From positions 2,175,124-2,239,123 of the forward strand of contig CM082586.2 in the NCBI GenBank assembly GCA_040954595.2: 64,000 bases of DNA, in the 5' to 3' direction. Below, in pieces: positions 40,384-54,426 of the stretch. Numbering within the stretch: the stretch's first letter is position 1; each line of letters begins with the position of its first letter. The notes under the pieces were generated by a model. That model was given only the letters and a program-made list of their open reading frames with translations, made no database searches and had not been told where the DNA came from. The translations under genes were made by a program, and so were the position numbers. The stretch comes from Balanoglossus misakiensis. Taxonomy: Eukaryota > Animalia > Hemichordata.

Positions 40384-40476
40384 TTAACCCTTTCACCACC
40401 ATGGTTAGGTCCAAATCTATTGTTTTCTATGGTAAAGTTGGACCTCTATAGAGGGAACTAGGGGTGAAAGGGTTAA
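40384..40476 (+). mobile_element. 85-bp MITE with TTAA target-site duplication (piggyBac-type ends), full copy 1
   Basis: TTAA-CCCTTTCACC...GGTGAAAGGG-TTAA: 10-bp terminal inverted repeats with CCC/GGG termini. Near-identical copy at 43876-43968. Confidence 0.9.
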
Positions 40477-43400
40477 AGTTGCAGCATATGTAAATTTCCA
40501 GAAAGTTAATGTGACTGTACACTTTGTGGTTATGTTCGTTCATGTGTGTGTGTGTGTTTGGGGGGGGGGGGTGATTTTGCAATTGTGCAAGTCCACATAA
40601 TTGCTATAGGTATATTAATTGTCTCGTACAAGGTGACCTTCAGGACGTGAGAATGACCACCTGTGTTCACTCAATTAAGAAAGACTGAATATTTTCAGGT
40701 AGATTATATTGAAGGAAACATTGTTTTCAATGCTGCAGGCACATAAACATAATGGAATGTTGTAATTCCTTAATAAGCATAATAATGGCTAGTTTTATTA
40801 ATATAATTTGCATGACTAGTCTCTGGAAAGTCGAAATGACATTTGTCAATTAATATTATGCCATATCCAGCCTTGTACTCACACATAACCAATATTAAGG
40901 GTGTATGTGCAATACGAATTGAAAATTGCTAGGAAACTCACTTCTGCTATTGATTGTCCTTTTCATGAAATTTTGCACTTTTGTGAAATATTTTTGCTTG
41001 ATGGAAAAACTGCTGATTCAGCCATTTTGTTCTTGACTGACTAAATTCAAGCCAGTTGTGATTGATAGCACAAAGAAAAATACAACCATTTACATGCAAG
41101 GGAAATCCTTAAAGTTAACATAGCTTCATCTGTGACAAATGAAGAGAACAATAAGTTGCATTGCTGTTGTCGGGTGTCGACCGCCTAGGGCATCATTTTG
41201 GTTTTGAATAACATTGTGAAAATACTGTCCCATTGTTGCAACTCAAATTTAGCAGGGGTTGGCCACAGCTGATGTCTTTTTCTCTCTGTTTCACAAATAT
41301 AGACAACGACAAACAATACTGCAAGAAACATCACGATTATCATGTTTGCTGTATATGGCATATGGCTACAGTCTGCTACAGATTGGCACTATAATTAAGA
41401 CTTTTCTGAAATCAGATCAGAATTGTCATAAACTGTCCTTGAGCAAAGTACTGTGAGGGCAGTGTTCACACTGAAATTCTTAAATTTCATCTATTTACAT
41501 GTCGTTCATACAGAAAAATATGAAATATGATGACTCGATTATTCTGCAGACCAAAAAGAATAGTTCTACTGACAAGAAATTTTGATTCTGCCTAAAAGCA
41601 CCATTCTGTCCTACTAAATTATATCTGTAAGGTAATAAATGGTATTGGCATTCAGATGGAGAGGAATATATACTGGTCACTTTCTGGTTTAGAAGGACTC
41701 ATCTTCTCACTGGAGTATATATCACAGCTGGTCGTTGCTATTACCAATTACGAAACTCCTGGATGGACACTGTTTTTACGGCACTGGGTACACACATGGC
41801 AGGGATGTTTGACAAGAAGTTGCGTTAGCTGTAAAAAAAAAATCCATCACTGTCTAGCTGCGATCATGGCTATGTTTTCCCCATGCAGCAGATATTAACC
41901 CGATTGTCGTCAGGTAGATCATCGCGCAGCTGCCCGGCCGGACCAGAAACGAGAAAGAAAATAATAATTTGCAGAGTTTCAGCTGCTTGTGTTGAATCAT
42001 TAGCCCTCCCTGGATTCTCCTAAAATGCCTTTCAGTGGTTACACACATGATATGTTTGCTCTCTGTTGAGAGCTAAATGAGCCACAGCTATGTCAGACAG
42101 AAACTGAATTTCTGCCAAAAGAGGTGGAACTTATCTGCTTCCTGATAAATATTTAACTGCATGGTTGACAATCCTCATTATTGTCTATTTTAAAACAAAG
42201 CAATTTTATTGCTACACACCTTCCTGTGGAAGTGGAATTTGAATGACTTGATGTAAATATTCAGGTACTTGATTGCTTCGAAACAGCTCTATCTGCTCTG
42301 TTACGTCTAAATTTGACAGTTTTTAAATTCCTCACAAATTCACCATGGCCGTCAAAATTGTGTGTACATGTACTTGCAGGATAAGAGGAAGAAAGGGTGT
42401 TGCTAAATCCTTTCCAGCTAGCTTCAGTCTCTGTTTTCAAGGAAATATTGGAAATAATCTAATGGAGATAATAATATCAGAACGGTGTCTATTCAGAACA
42501 AAAATTCTCGCTAGTCTTATATTTTGCAACACTGTCGGTTGAACAGCAGCTGCAGTTTCAATATTGAAGGTAACAATTCCAGTGTTGTTTGAGAGACCTG
42601 GGTAAAAATGAGCTCAAGGGGAGAAAGCGAGAAAAAAAACCTAGAGAGAGAGAGAAGGGAGAATTTATATTTGCTGATTATAACTTGTGCCAGCAGGCAC
42701 GTATTCAGTCTGAATGAGACATCAGTGAAGCAGTAGACAGTGCAAGGACAGCCATGAACATTTGGATGGGTTTGATGAACTGTCTCTGGCATTTATTAGT
42801 ATTCATTCAGATTGGATACCCGAATTTTTGGGTTGTGTAGCAGACAATCGCGGGGTTGTTCATTTGCGAAATTCCCTTACACTGACTGTCAGAACATCTA
42901 TTTTTTACTCAGTTTATTACCTGGAAAATTGTTTTGTTCGTGGAGAGGTTAAATTTAATGTGGATTTATTGAGATTAATCAGTGGTACTGGTCCCCTTTT
43001 AAATGAACCAGGCTGTCTATGGAGAATGTTAGATGAAGCGAGATATTAAGAGTATGATCAAAGGAATTTGTCAAACGGAGACTAGTCCAGAGGATTCATT
43101 TCCTATGATAATGATTGAACAAATCAAGGGAATTAATCTCTTTTGTTGTTGCATAATCATAATTCTGACATTCTAATCACGGACGAAAATTACGTTGTAA
43201 TAATACCACACATTGTGACATACTGCATGATTATATATGCAGCATTTTGCGTGCCCTTGTTCTAAATGAAATATCCATGACAACGCCATGATGACCCTGC
43301 ACTTGCTTTGTGTGCGGAAAGGGGTAGTTTTAAGATATTTCTCATTATTAGAGGACTGGTAAATATCTACAGAATGTGTCACAATTGCCTTTTTCTGCAT

Positions 43401-43875
43401 TTCTGATTAAAGCGTTAGGCCTGCTGAAAAAATATTGTGTCCAATTGTTTCTCGTCAATGGGAAGTAATGAACGTACATGTCACTTTGTGTGAGAATTTA
43501 TGATGTATATTCAGTAATATCCCTCGTCTTGTGTTGTGTTTCTGTTATTTCATTTCTCATGATAATTTCCATTCAAAATTCAATCAGATTTTTTTTGCCG
43601 TGTTTTTCATCAAGAAAAAAAAAGATTTACTCAATTTGAATTTGTTGGGTTAATCGGTTTTATAATTAGATTTTCCCCCTAATGCTGACATTCAGGTGTC
43701 TGTAATTTTTTCAGTAATTGAGGTGATAATCATATCCTCAAAGTGGAATGTTGACATTGTGTGATTTTTATCCGAGCCGTCTAATATGAACGGCATTTGC
43801 ATGCAAAATGTACACAGAGACACAGCGTGTCTGGAGGAGGCTTAATTCTGTTCCCATTGCATAATTGGCTTGCCT

Positions 43876-43968
43876 TTAACCCTTTCACCACCATGGTTTA
43901 GTCCAAACCTATTGTTTTCTATGGTAAGATTGGACCTCTATAGAGAGAACTGGGGGTGAAAGGGTTAA
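43876..43968 (+). mobile_element. 85-bp TTAA MITE, full copy 2
   Basis: Same TIRs, same length and colinear internal sequence as 40384-40476, with a handful of substitutions. Confidence 0.9.
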
Positions 43969-46425
43969 GAAAAGCGTACCTGTTTCCACGGAAGAGTTCC
44001 TGTCCAATACAGAAATGAAAAAAACCCTGAAATTATGGCAGATCTTTTTCAAGTCAGCCATTCAAATGCTGAATAAGTCTTTGTAACAGAATGTCCCTGT
44101 ACATGACCACAGCTGTTATTGATTTATTAGAAATGAGATGTTTCTGTGATAACATACCTAGTATTAATATAAGCACTTCTTCAAGTTTGACATATAGTTT
44201 TGCCTGTAGTAGTAACTATTGACATTAAATACGGTATAACATTGGCAGTCCACTCTAAAACTTGGCCATGCATATATTTGCATACTGTAAGTGTAACGGT
44301 TGGCAAGTAAACTCTATAACTTTTCACTGTCATGTAATTTGTAATATTTTTTTGACAAATACTGCATTTCTGCGAAATTGTGTAGTACGTCAGTTTTCAA
44401 TAGAAATCTCATTTATTTTCGAGAAAATTAAAATCTGGTATAGAAGCAATTGTTTATGTAATCACAAAGCTTTAACTGACAAAGAAAACTGTGCCTGTTT
44501 TTGAAACTTTACATGTTTCTCTTGCTGTAACTGTGGCAACAAGAATGTGTTTTTGTAATGACATTTGTGCAGATCCTGAGTAATTAAGGAGCGCAGATGG
44601 TCTGAAAGCAGGTCAGGGGAGATTTTTCTTTTTCAACGTTAGCGATACCATAGGCGTGGGTTTACATTGGACATACCTCAAACATATGAACATTTTGAAA
44701 CGTTCTATTCATGTGGACAACAAAATTATATTGAGACAGAAGCAAAGTTTAATTATAAATCAAAGAAAAATAACATTAACAACACTGAAAACATGAGAGG
44801 GCAGTTATTTACATGGAAGAACATTATTGAAGCCCAGAGCTAAATCAAAGTACCATACGAGAGCTATTAAAATAGTCATTTAGTTTTATGATTAAGATGA
44901 GCGCTGAAAACCATTTTATTAGTGTACTTGTGTTTACTATAATATAACAGACAAAAAATTATCAACCTTCAGAGCGGTCATGAAAGCTTAGCTGTATGAA
45001 AGCAAAAAAATTGATGTCCTTCCTTCAAACTGACAGCGACAGCATACCTAGGATTTAAACTGTCACATTGATTAAACAGCCAATAACATCTGCCTGATTT
45101 CATTTCGTGTATGGATGTGCATCACTTCTCTTCTCCAGAAACTGTCCCCGATCGCGCTCTCTGCCAGTGGTCAGGAAAGTTGCAAATGCATTAAGAACAG
45201 AAAAAAATGTAGTCTGCCATCCGTGCATGCGGAAAGTGTATTCACCCGCCCTGACTTGAAGCAAGTGAACCGCTGAACGACAGATGACAGTGCACACAAT
45301 TCATCGCAAGGTGGTTTTGATGGATATCAATCCCACAATGCAGCTGATCAGTCGCACCACAACCATCACCATACCCACACACACACACAAGATGATCACC
45401 ACAAAAAGAAATCCTCTTCAGGCAGATGTGCCATTTCATCTTCGCCAGACAATCAAAACAACCTAAAATTTAACCGACTGAAAGTAAAAAGTAAGAATTA
45501 CACTAACTGCAAAGGGCAAATCTAAAAGCCGTATATCCAATACCTGTTGTGTGGCTAGTTGTAAAATTATACGAGATAGTGAATTTCTTTTTAAATCATG
45601 CAGTCAATAAACCTGAGGGAAGATGAAAATTTCTCAACAACAAAATTTTATGGAAAGTGAATTGAATGGCGAAGAGCGTGATTAATCTCAGAGTAATAAT
45701 CAGAGTGATATTAAAATACATGAGTAAAATTTTAAAATTTATCCCCAAAACAGGTGCATGATATTCTGCTTGCTTTTTAATAACAATGGTGGCAAATGTA
45801 TGTATGCTTGACTTGAACATGGTTGCAAGATACTCTTCCATAGTGTACAAGAGTTCATGCATTACCAAGCACATAACATTGTGAAAGCCAAGTTTTGATG
45901 AATTAAAGCTTGTGGATAGATGTAAGCACAGTGCAATATGCTCACATCGAATGGCAGCTATTTTCACAATTAACTTAACAGGGTACCCGTACCATTTGAT
46001 AGAATCCATTGTTGTCCCTATGGTACAGTTGCATGTGCAGTGGCAACCACAGGGAAATTGGGGAATAGTGCCAAAATCCATTACTGCATATTGAGGACAC
46101 ATCATCTGAATATATAATACATACATCCTCATTAAAAATGCATAGGTTGTTCAATTAATGTTGGTACAGGAGGGATGAATAATTAAGATAGAACAATATC
46201 ATAGCTGCATAACATATTTCAAATTTGTGCATGGTTATTATGGTTGAATGTGATAATTAATCATCTGCCAAAGCAAATCAACATTATTAGTAAGCAGGAA
46301 CGGAATATACAATTAGTGTTTGATGCGACAATATAAAAAAGCAGTACTTCCTCAAATGTCTTGAAAAAAATGTTGTCCTAATAATAGGGACACTTTACAG
46401 TAACGTGTCATGCTGGGTTTCCTGA

Positions 46426-46528
46426 GTTGCTATGACAACCTGTGTGCCTGGACATAAATGATGAGGTCAAGTCAAAGGCAATATGTCACTACTGCCAGTT
46501 TCCTCTCTTGTCTCATCACCATGGTAAC
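46426..46528. promoter_or_regulatory. Pair of RFX X-box-like motifs
   Basis: GTTGCTATGACAAC (46426-46439) and ATCACCATGGTAAC (46515-46528), starting 89 bp apart. Confidence 0.45.
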
Positions 46529-48126
46529 GATGCCGTGGTTTGGTCTGTTATTGGATATTTTCAACGGATTACAACTGTATCCTTGTGCTTTGATGAGAAT
46601 GTATCCATTTTGGTTATTATTTATATCTGTAGAGAAATGGTGCATTTGAATGAATGAAAGAAGTTATACAATGTTTGTCAATGCTGTAATAATTTGGAAT
46701 TATTAGTGTGACCAATGGAACATTTATAAAAATTCAATCTCAGCCGAAATCATTTTCCAACAGCTGCGAATGTCACTATATGTCGTCACCCAGTGCAGAA
46801 AGCTAGAACTTAGGTGAAAAAAATAGAATGGCTACGATAAATTAGTCTCGGCTCTACAAATTGACAGTGGTTAGAGGTCAAGAAAATGTTGGTATAATTG
46901 TGATCAGATCAGGTGGTACGCTCTTGATTATATTAGGAGATCTGCGTATATCTTACCGTGGGACTAAGGCAACCAGAGATATGGTCGTCTTCAGGGACTT
47001 TGTCCATTTCACAATCGAAAATGAAATTTACATTGGAGTAGACAAGCATCTCTGGAGGCCGGAGAATGCAAATAGATAGATTTCGCCCGATATTGACAAA
47101 GGTAATAAGAAAATGGTTCTTCTTGGAATTGAGTGAGGGGGTTTTTGCTGGCTGTTGGGCTGTGCTTTAAGTCCTGCACTGGTAATTGTATTTTTTGCAT
47201 TTCCATTTTCTTGCCTTTTGGCATCATTTTTCGTCTTTGTGAAACTCTGCATTGAGAGTCTTTTTCGCATGATCTTAAAATATAACTGCACTGAATTTGA
47301 TAAACAGAGACTTATGAAAAACAGGAGCTGAAGTGCTTGATAAGTAGTTAGAATAAATGCCACAGTCATCATTACGATTTAAGTTGCTGAAAGGCGTTTG
47401 TTACAGCATTTTCAATATTCTTTATGTTCAGAGTCAACACACTTTTCTGCATTTCTTGGGAGAGTCAGTGTACTTTTTTTCGCCTATGGTAGATCACAGG
47501 GGCTTGGCATGTTTTTCTGGATAGCTTTAAAAAGCAATTGTCTATGTTAACGTGAGTGGGTGAATAGTGTGCTGAAGTTGAAATTGTACATGCTGGGTTG
47601 TATGCCCGCAGCTGTTGCAAGTTCTCAATGTCAGAATAAAGCCAGTGTCAAAAATTGTGGAAGATTATCCCTACAATAATATGGTTTTATCTTATGTTAT
47701 ATATTCTAATCCGACTTAAGTCTTCCTTTTTACTTTTTCTCTTTATTTCCATTTTACTGGTGGTACATGTGGTACATGTACCTTATTCACCGCTGATGTT
47801 GATCTAGAAATGTTCTGAACTGTATCACGTATATGTTCACTCCGTCCTGCAAGGCTCACAAACAGTATGCGTCGGCCATTTTGAATGTCTTCATCAATAA
47901 TTCTGAAGAGGTTACTTATAGGAGATCTCCCTTGACATTTTATTTCGATCAGACTGCAAGACTCTGACAACAAGGTTTTACCTTTGTGGTCCCCTGTCCA
48001 ATATATTTAAAACATGCCGTTAAAGTGCAGCCTTACCCTGCAAGAAAGTTCATGCCCAAAGATTTTCTGTAGCAGTTTGAGATTAGTCTGATGATGGATT
48101 AACAAAAGAAACCGAATAATATGTTT

Positions 48127-48204
48127 CCATATGTTTGATCCACATCAATTGTTCTCTATGGTAAAGTTGGACCTCTAAAGAGGGAACTGGTGTGAAAAAG
48201 TTAA
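48127..48204 (+). mobile_element. Degenerate copy of the TTAA MITE (left TIR lost)
   Basis: ...ctatggtaaagttggacctctaaagagggaactggtgtgaaaaagttaa aligns with the internal part and right end of the full copies. Confidence 0.8.
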
Positions 48205-49170
48205 AGTCTACCAAGCAGGAGCAGACATTAAGGTCTAACTATGCAGGTGTGTCAAAAAGAGTGAGCAGACCCTGCCCCACACATAGCACCCACAATGCAT
48301 ATTGGAAAACAATGTGTATTTCTGTACCAGCCATGAGAGAATTATTCCACTGGGAATTGTCACATTTTTATCAGCGTGCATGTAATAATGAAACTTCATC
48401 AGATCCATCTACTTTGATTTGTTAACCACAGCATTGCTTTGGTGTAGTTACCATTGGTAGCTTAATTCACTTGACTTTTTTCTGAGAACTGACTCTGAAC
48501 TTCCACATAGTACTTTTTATCAGATGTCTATAGCGAGCTGAGCTCAGGCTTTCAATACAAAGCAGAGCCCGGTGTCTACCCTGCTTACATGCAAGTCGTG
48601 ATCTGCACTGAAAGGGATACATCAAATATAGATGGATTGTTTTCAAAACATGGAAACGAATGATGCATGCTGATATGGTCAGGCCTTGCATTTAGAGTCG
48701 TTGTGTCCTTCGTTCTACGGAAGGCAGTTGTTCTGCACCGACATGATGCGTGATCAATCTCTTTCCCATCAGAAGTCGCATGGAGATCAAGGAACCAAAT
48801 TCACAGGGGAAAAAACGGATGTGCTTTCAACACAGCTTTCCCCCTGACTATACTCAAGAGAATGCATGACGGAAATACATACAATGGCAATGAAGAATAT
48901 ATTTTTTTAGAATTAATATCAGGAAGTGCAACATTTTCTATAAGATAATGTCACCCTAAAACTGATATGGAATAATTGGTAGGGTGAGAGCGTATGTCAA
49001 CTGATGTTAATTGGGTTTCCTGTTATGAAAGAAGGTAATTGGAATTTCCATTGGGGAGAATGGGAGATGCGACGTTGTAAAAATAAAATGCAGGAACATG
49101 CAACTCAAAAAAAATCATAAACTGTTGCGCTGTGGTACCTATTACTTTTTTGAAGAATTTCTTCATCTGC

Positions 49171-49200
49171 ATCTGAACTATAAAATCTGAACTATAAAAT
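49171..49200. repeat. 14-bp tandem duplication
   Basis: atctgaactataaa x2. Confidence 0.9.
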
Positions 49201-52200
49201 TTGGCTGAGGCTTCCCTAAAATGTTTTCAACCTTGTTCAGATTCTTGAAAAATTATGGCGCTATGAAGTGGGTACACTCAGTTTGATATGAAAATAAATT
49301 ACCCTAACACAATTTTTGTAAAGTGGCAATTATTTTGTGTTAAGTGAAGTACAGAAACATTTTAACTGCAAGATGCTCTCGAAGAAGTAATACTTGTGAT
49401 TGTCACATCCAGACAGAAGTGTGAAACAAGTTGAACACAGGGAAGGTGTTGTCCCACTCTATGGGAAATTAAACGTGGCATTCAGAGCAGCTTTTATGGC
49501 AAAAATCATTCCTGATACGGTTGATTTCCCCCCAAAAGATGATGGTCATAAATCATGAATTACAATCGTCTCAGCCCTGTAATTGTTTTCTGGGTTGGGA
49601 GTCGACGTTTTCATATAACTGTTGTCCCCGCTTATTAGAGGCATTACAGTCACAGATTAAACTGTAACAATTCTGCGCGCGAGACACGGGGACATTTCGA
49701 GTGGTGGATAAAACTGGAGGGTGAATTGAAAGCAATTTGGCCCAATACAGGGTGAAATTAGTTTTTTCCAGCGGTAATCACAGGCTTCAATCACGGGTTT
49801 GATTCACAGCAGGTGTAGGGCAGGAAAGCGATTAAGGCATGTCAGAGTGGTAAATGCTCCAGCATTTAGACTTTGAAATGAGAAACTTCCTTAATTTGAT
49901 TCGTGCCTAAATATGATCTGTAAGGACAGGATAAAAATGAACAGAGTACATGATTCTGCGATAACTTTCAACCGACCTACTTCGAGACCCACTGAAAGGG
50001 AAATTCGCCCCCGAATGCATGCAGGTCGCGTCGGGGTAACGTGTGCCATTCACTGTGCATGAATTCCTGTCAGAGTATTGCCGTGTGGCTTTTTCCTCTG
50101 GAAATATCCATAATTTAAGTCAATTTTCCTGCTATTGATCCAGTGGTTGTCATGACAATATGCATAAATGTCAACTTTGTATCCTAAACTTTCTAGGATC
50201 AGTTTGCAGACTTTCTACAATATCCACACATTCTGCATAAGTGTGTAGGGTTTTAGTTAATACAGGCTTTTTAATTGAGAATATTCAAATAATCTCTCCT
50301 ATAAAGTAGCAGAGATCAGGTTATGCATCTCAATATAGAATAAGTTCAAGCACAACGTGACGATTTCCAGATCTAAAAAATTACTGGAGGCTATAAAATT
50401 CAATGACTTGAAGTTGTGTGTGGTGCCAGGTCTGTCATAAATGGTCAATATTTCACACTTGCTTGTCACTTTTCATTAATACACTTATGGATTCCAACCA
50501 AGTGTGTACGCTTGCATCAGCTTTTGCTCTGCAGCAAGGACTTCAAACTGTTTTTCCGGAGGTCACAATATACGCGACCCCTCAAGCACCTTAAATCCTC
50601 TCGAAATTGGTGCATAAGATGCATACACGTAAACCAAGTTTGAAATACATCAGATTCATTAATCTTCAAAAGAAGACCAGATCTTGGTGCAATACCGGTG
50701 GAGATCTCCATTTGAGAGGCATCGACAGTGGCTGATTTATTCGGGGAATTACGCATCTCTGATTTGAACTTTCAGATGGTTTATCATGGGATTTGCGGAG
50801 AGCCGAGAATCCAGAGTTTGCATTTCCAAGTTAATCACATTATTTGGCTGTCACAGGGTTGTAGATGTTAACAGCCATGTAAATGGGCTTCAGAGATGTC
50901 AAGTGTCCAGACAGTGAGCAGGAGAAAGAGAGTAAAAGGTATTTTCTACTACTATGGTGCTAGAAATGTCATCTTCTAACAAGAGAACTTGAAGAGTGTC
51001 GATGTCTGTAAATGTGACAGTAAAAAAGACAGTGGTGCCTTTCTGCGAAAGATTTTCACATGGAAGCATTTCCATTTTTTCTTCTTCTTCAGTATTTGAG
51101 TGTTTAAAACCATTGTGAATTTGTGAATTAAAAATAGCTGTGATATCTTAGATTTATGAAAACCTGCATCAGATAAAGAACTCCTTTATGAATAATGTCC
51201 AGCTTATGATTTAGTACACCTGGTTCAAGGTGAGTGATGATTTTCCCTGTTTGCAAAATCCGACTGACTCGAGAGACATGTCAAGATGCCCTGTGATGTG
51301 AAATACATGGCTGTCAGAATATTGACCTTCTTGATCTGAGTGTCAAGATCGAGATCTGCTGACCTCTGTTGTCTACTCGATGACATCATCCCATCTCACA
51401 CCCTAAAATCAGTCACATCTCCAGGCAGTGGTAGTCTGTCTTGATGACAGAACTTAGCTGTCCAGTCCAAGAAGTTAAATTGATGGGATTGCAGTTTTCA
51501 CACCCACAAAATCATGGCAGATATAAATGTTTAAAGACGGTAACCAATTACTAGTCGTGGCAAGTCTGAATGTAATCAATTGTGGTTCTGTGAAAAATAG
51601 TGACAGCAATGGAAGAAATGGAAACAGAGATAAAGCTTCAGAACGTGCACAGTCTTCCATTCGATAAATAAATTTACATGCAAAAATGCAGTATTTAACT
51701 TCTCCATGCACCCATTTCATTTTCTTTCAAAAAGCGCAGACAAAATAATGACTGAAACTTAAAGTTTAAATTTTGCATCACAATTTGACATTTTTCAAAG
51801 CAATCATACAAGTCAAAGGTCTCACGCACACTCTCATTCTGACAGCGTGTTCTCCAGTAATAAGTGTCTGTCAATAGTCAATTTATGCGCATTTTTCATA
51901 GAAAGAACCCTGTACAAGATGTTCATTTTCTGCCTCTTCTTCAAGACTTGAGTAAGTCACTCAGATGTTGTCAAAAGTTGGTCAAATTAATCTTTCAGAG
52001 AATTCAACATGCGACGAAATTCTTTCAGCCTGTTCACTTCCTGTCGCGATTCCCTGCCATGGTTTCAGATGAAAGTGCGCAAGCACCGTAGGTCAACCGG
52101 TGACCTCAATCCAGAAACGAGTTTGTAATATTAAGAAAGTAAATTAAATCATAGTAATTTAATCTGATGCAGTGAAATAGCTGATTATGGGTAATGTTTG

Positions 52201-52814
52201 TTATCACACAACTGTCATCAGTTTCTGAAGAACATGTGAAATCAACACGTGGGATGACAATTCAAGGGGGATTTTATTGCAAAAACAACATACAAGCTCA
52301 AGGTCCTTGGGCATCTCTTCGTCACTGAGGCATTAATTATGCATTCTCTGTTACAATAACTTCCTGCGTGTATTCAGCATCTTCCATCAAGTGTCTCATG
52401 ATGATGTTGCTCTTCCTGTCATTTCCGAGATGCATGAGATGATCACAGAATATGAAGCATATGAGATTCCTGCGCTGATCTGCGAACAATTGTGTGCTCC
52501 CACTCTATCCATGGATACATGTATATATACACCTCCTCCTTGATAAATGGGAGATGCCTCAATCAGGCCTGCGATCAACTGTACCATACTTTGTCAGCTT
52601 TGATTATAAATGTCAACATTATTTCAATTGATGACACACTTCTTTCCTAGCCGAGAGGCTTTAATTGAACTGTTGCTGCATGATACTACACTGCGCGATG
52701 TCAAGTTCACGGTCGACCAACCCATCAAAGAATAAATTATGATGATGACGCAGCTCTAATTATACAGGCTTCTCGGATGTATACACACCTGTAGCAAGTC
52801 CTATCCATCCATGT

Positions 52815-52855
52815 TTAACCCTTTCACCTCAGTTTCCCTTTATAGAGGTCCAACT
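52815..52855 (-). mobile_element. Truncated, inverted copy of the TTAA MITE (right half only)
   Basis: ttaaccctttcacctcagtttccctttatagaggtccaact is the reverse complement of the MITE 3' half. Confidence 0.8.
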
Positions 52856-54412
52856 GTTGAAATGCTTATAAATTTAGAATCTCTTTTCTCACAAGTCGCT
52901 ATTCATGCAAACATTGTCCAGGCTTTTTTCGTCAACGGGCAGAGATATACAACTGCGTTGATTGCCAGCAACTTTGTCAACTTTTATTTTCACTCGCTGT
53001 TAAATCATATTGCAGGTCTGTTGAGCTGTTGGTTAAAGTAAATCATTCCTTGACGGCTGTCGATTCTATTCTAATCTGGAAAGTGCTGAACAGTACAATG
53101 GGAGTTAAAATGGCAACAGTAGGATCAAACTGTGCAGCTATAAACCAAACTGCCTTTGTATACCATGTTTAATCCAACAAGAAGGGAAAAAAAGTTGCTG
53201 GCACTTGTAACGGACAGGCCAGGCTTTGTCAATAAGCCGTGTGGTAGATGTTTCTGTAAGTTGCATTTATCAACATGTGTTTCACGCTTCCTTACGTCAA
53301 GAACAAAATTTACGACATTGAACAAAATTTCTGTAAAAACAACACACTAAAATAGCAAATGGAAAAGTCGAGATTGATAGCTTGATAGAGGTGTGAACAG
53401 CCTTTATACTCTGTCCATATTTCCCTGATAAATTGTTACATTTCCTATGTAGATGGGATGCGAGTAATTTAATATTGAAACTCACAGAAAAAAGTACAGC
53501 TCAGGTATTGATAAGCATCCCTGTGTATATATACCCCCCATGAATTCTGTCATTACCGCTAGTTGTATATCTTCCACACCTAATAAGTTACAAGGCTTGC
53601 AGCATTAATACATAACGGTTTTATCATGTCTTACAGCTGCCCAAGGGCCGAGTTCCTCCTTAGTCAAGGCTGTAAAAAGCAACAGACAGCAGCTGAGTTT
53701 GTATTTAATAAAATTAGCTGTCATCTCTGGAATATATGCACCTTGCCAGACAATGGTATTGGAGTCACCAGGCTTTCCATATTGAAAGGAGTACTTGTAA
53801 TTACATGTACGTGTCTGTAGTGCTCAGAGGACAGTCTGTGTGGACTGAATTAATTCGATTTAAAACTGATGGATAGAAAAGAGGAGAAAAAAACAGATGA
53901 AATCTCTCAGATTTATATCACAGTGCCAGTGGCTTTCAGCTTCAGGGAAATAATACATAAAATATTACTTTCAGTTATTTTTAAAATTCTCAGACTGTTC
54001 AAAATCCAAGATGGAGAAAAGTCAATTTGATGTTTTTGGAGCTTTCTGGAAAGAGACTTTGGGGTTGCTGTTCCCACTGTGTTCCTCAGACAGTGATGAT
54101 ATGTTTAACATAATAGTCAAAAAAGGAAACATGAGAAACAGTAGGAAAACAGTAAGAGAGGAGATGAGTTTTTCAAGAGTTGACAGGAGGATGTTTTGAC
54201 ATTTATCATGATGAAAGTTTAACACTTTGCAAGGAAAAATATGGTTAGAGCTTGAGGGAGGGTCGTCCATTCTGAAGAACTCTACCATAATATGTAATCA
54301 GAATGGCTTTTTTATAGTAATGCTGGCCCTCCCCCATGCCAGGAGGATATAAATGACCAAGAATAGGTCACTGCTCTTACGGCAATAAAAGAAAATCATT
54401 TTTAATACTCAC

Positions 54413-54426
54413 GTTGCCTGGGCAAC
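54413..54426. promoter_or_regulatory. RFX X-box motif GTTGCCTGGGCAAC
   Basis: Both half-sites perfect (GTTGCC-nn-GGCAAC). Confidence 0.5.

Noticed and set aside
45596-46132. Longest ORF in the track (178 aa, minus strand)
   Set aside because: Composition typical of translated AT-rich non-coding DNA; no domain motif or codon pattern.
52225-52260. Hammerhead ribozyme-like core CTGAAGA-acatgt-GAAA (similar partial cores at 2502 and 60529)
   Set aside because: No valid NUH cleavage triplet and no convincing stems I/III; the other two lack GAAA or a stem II.
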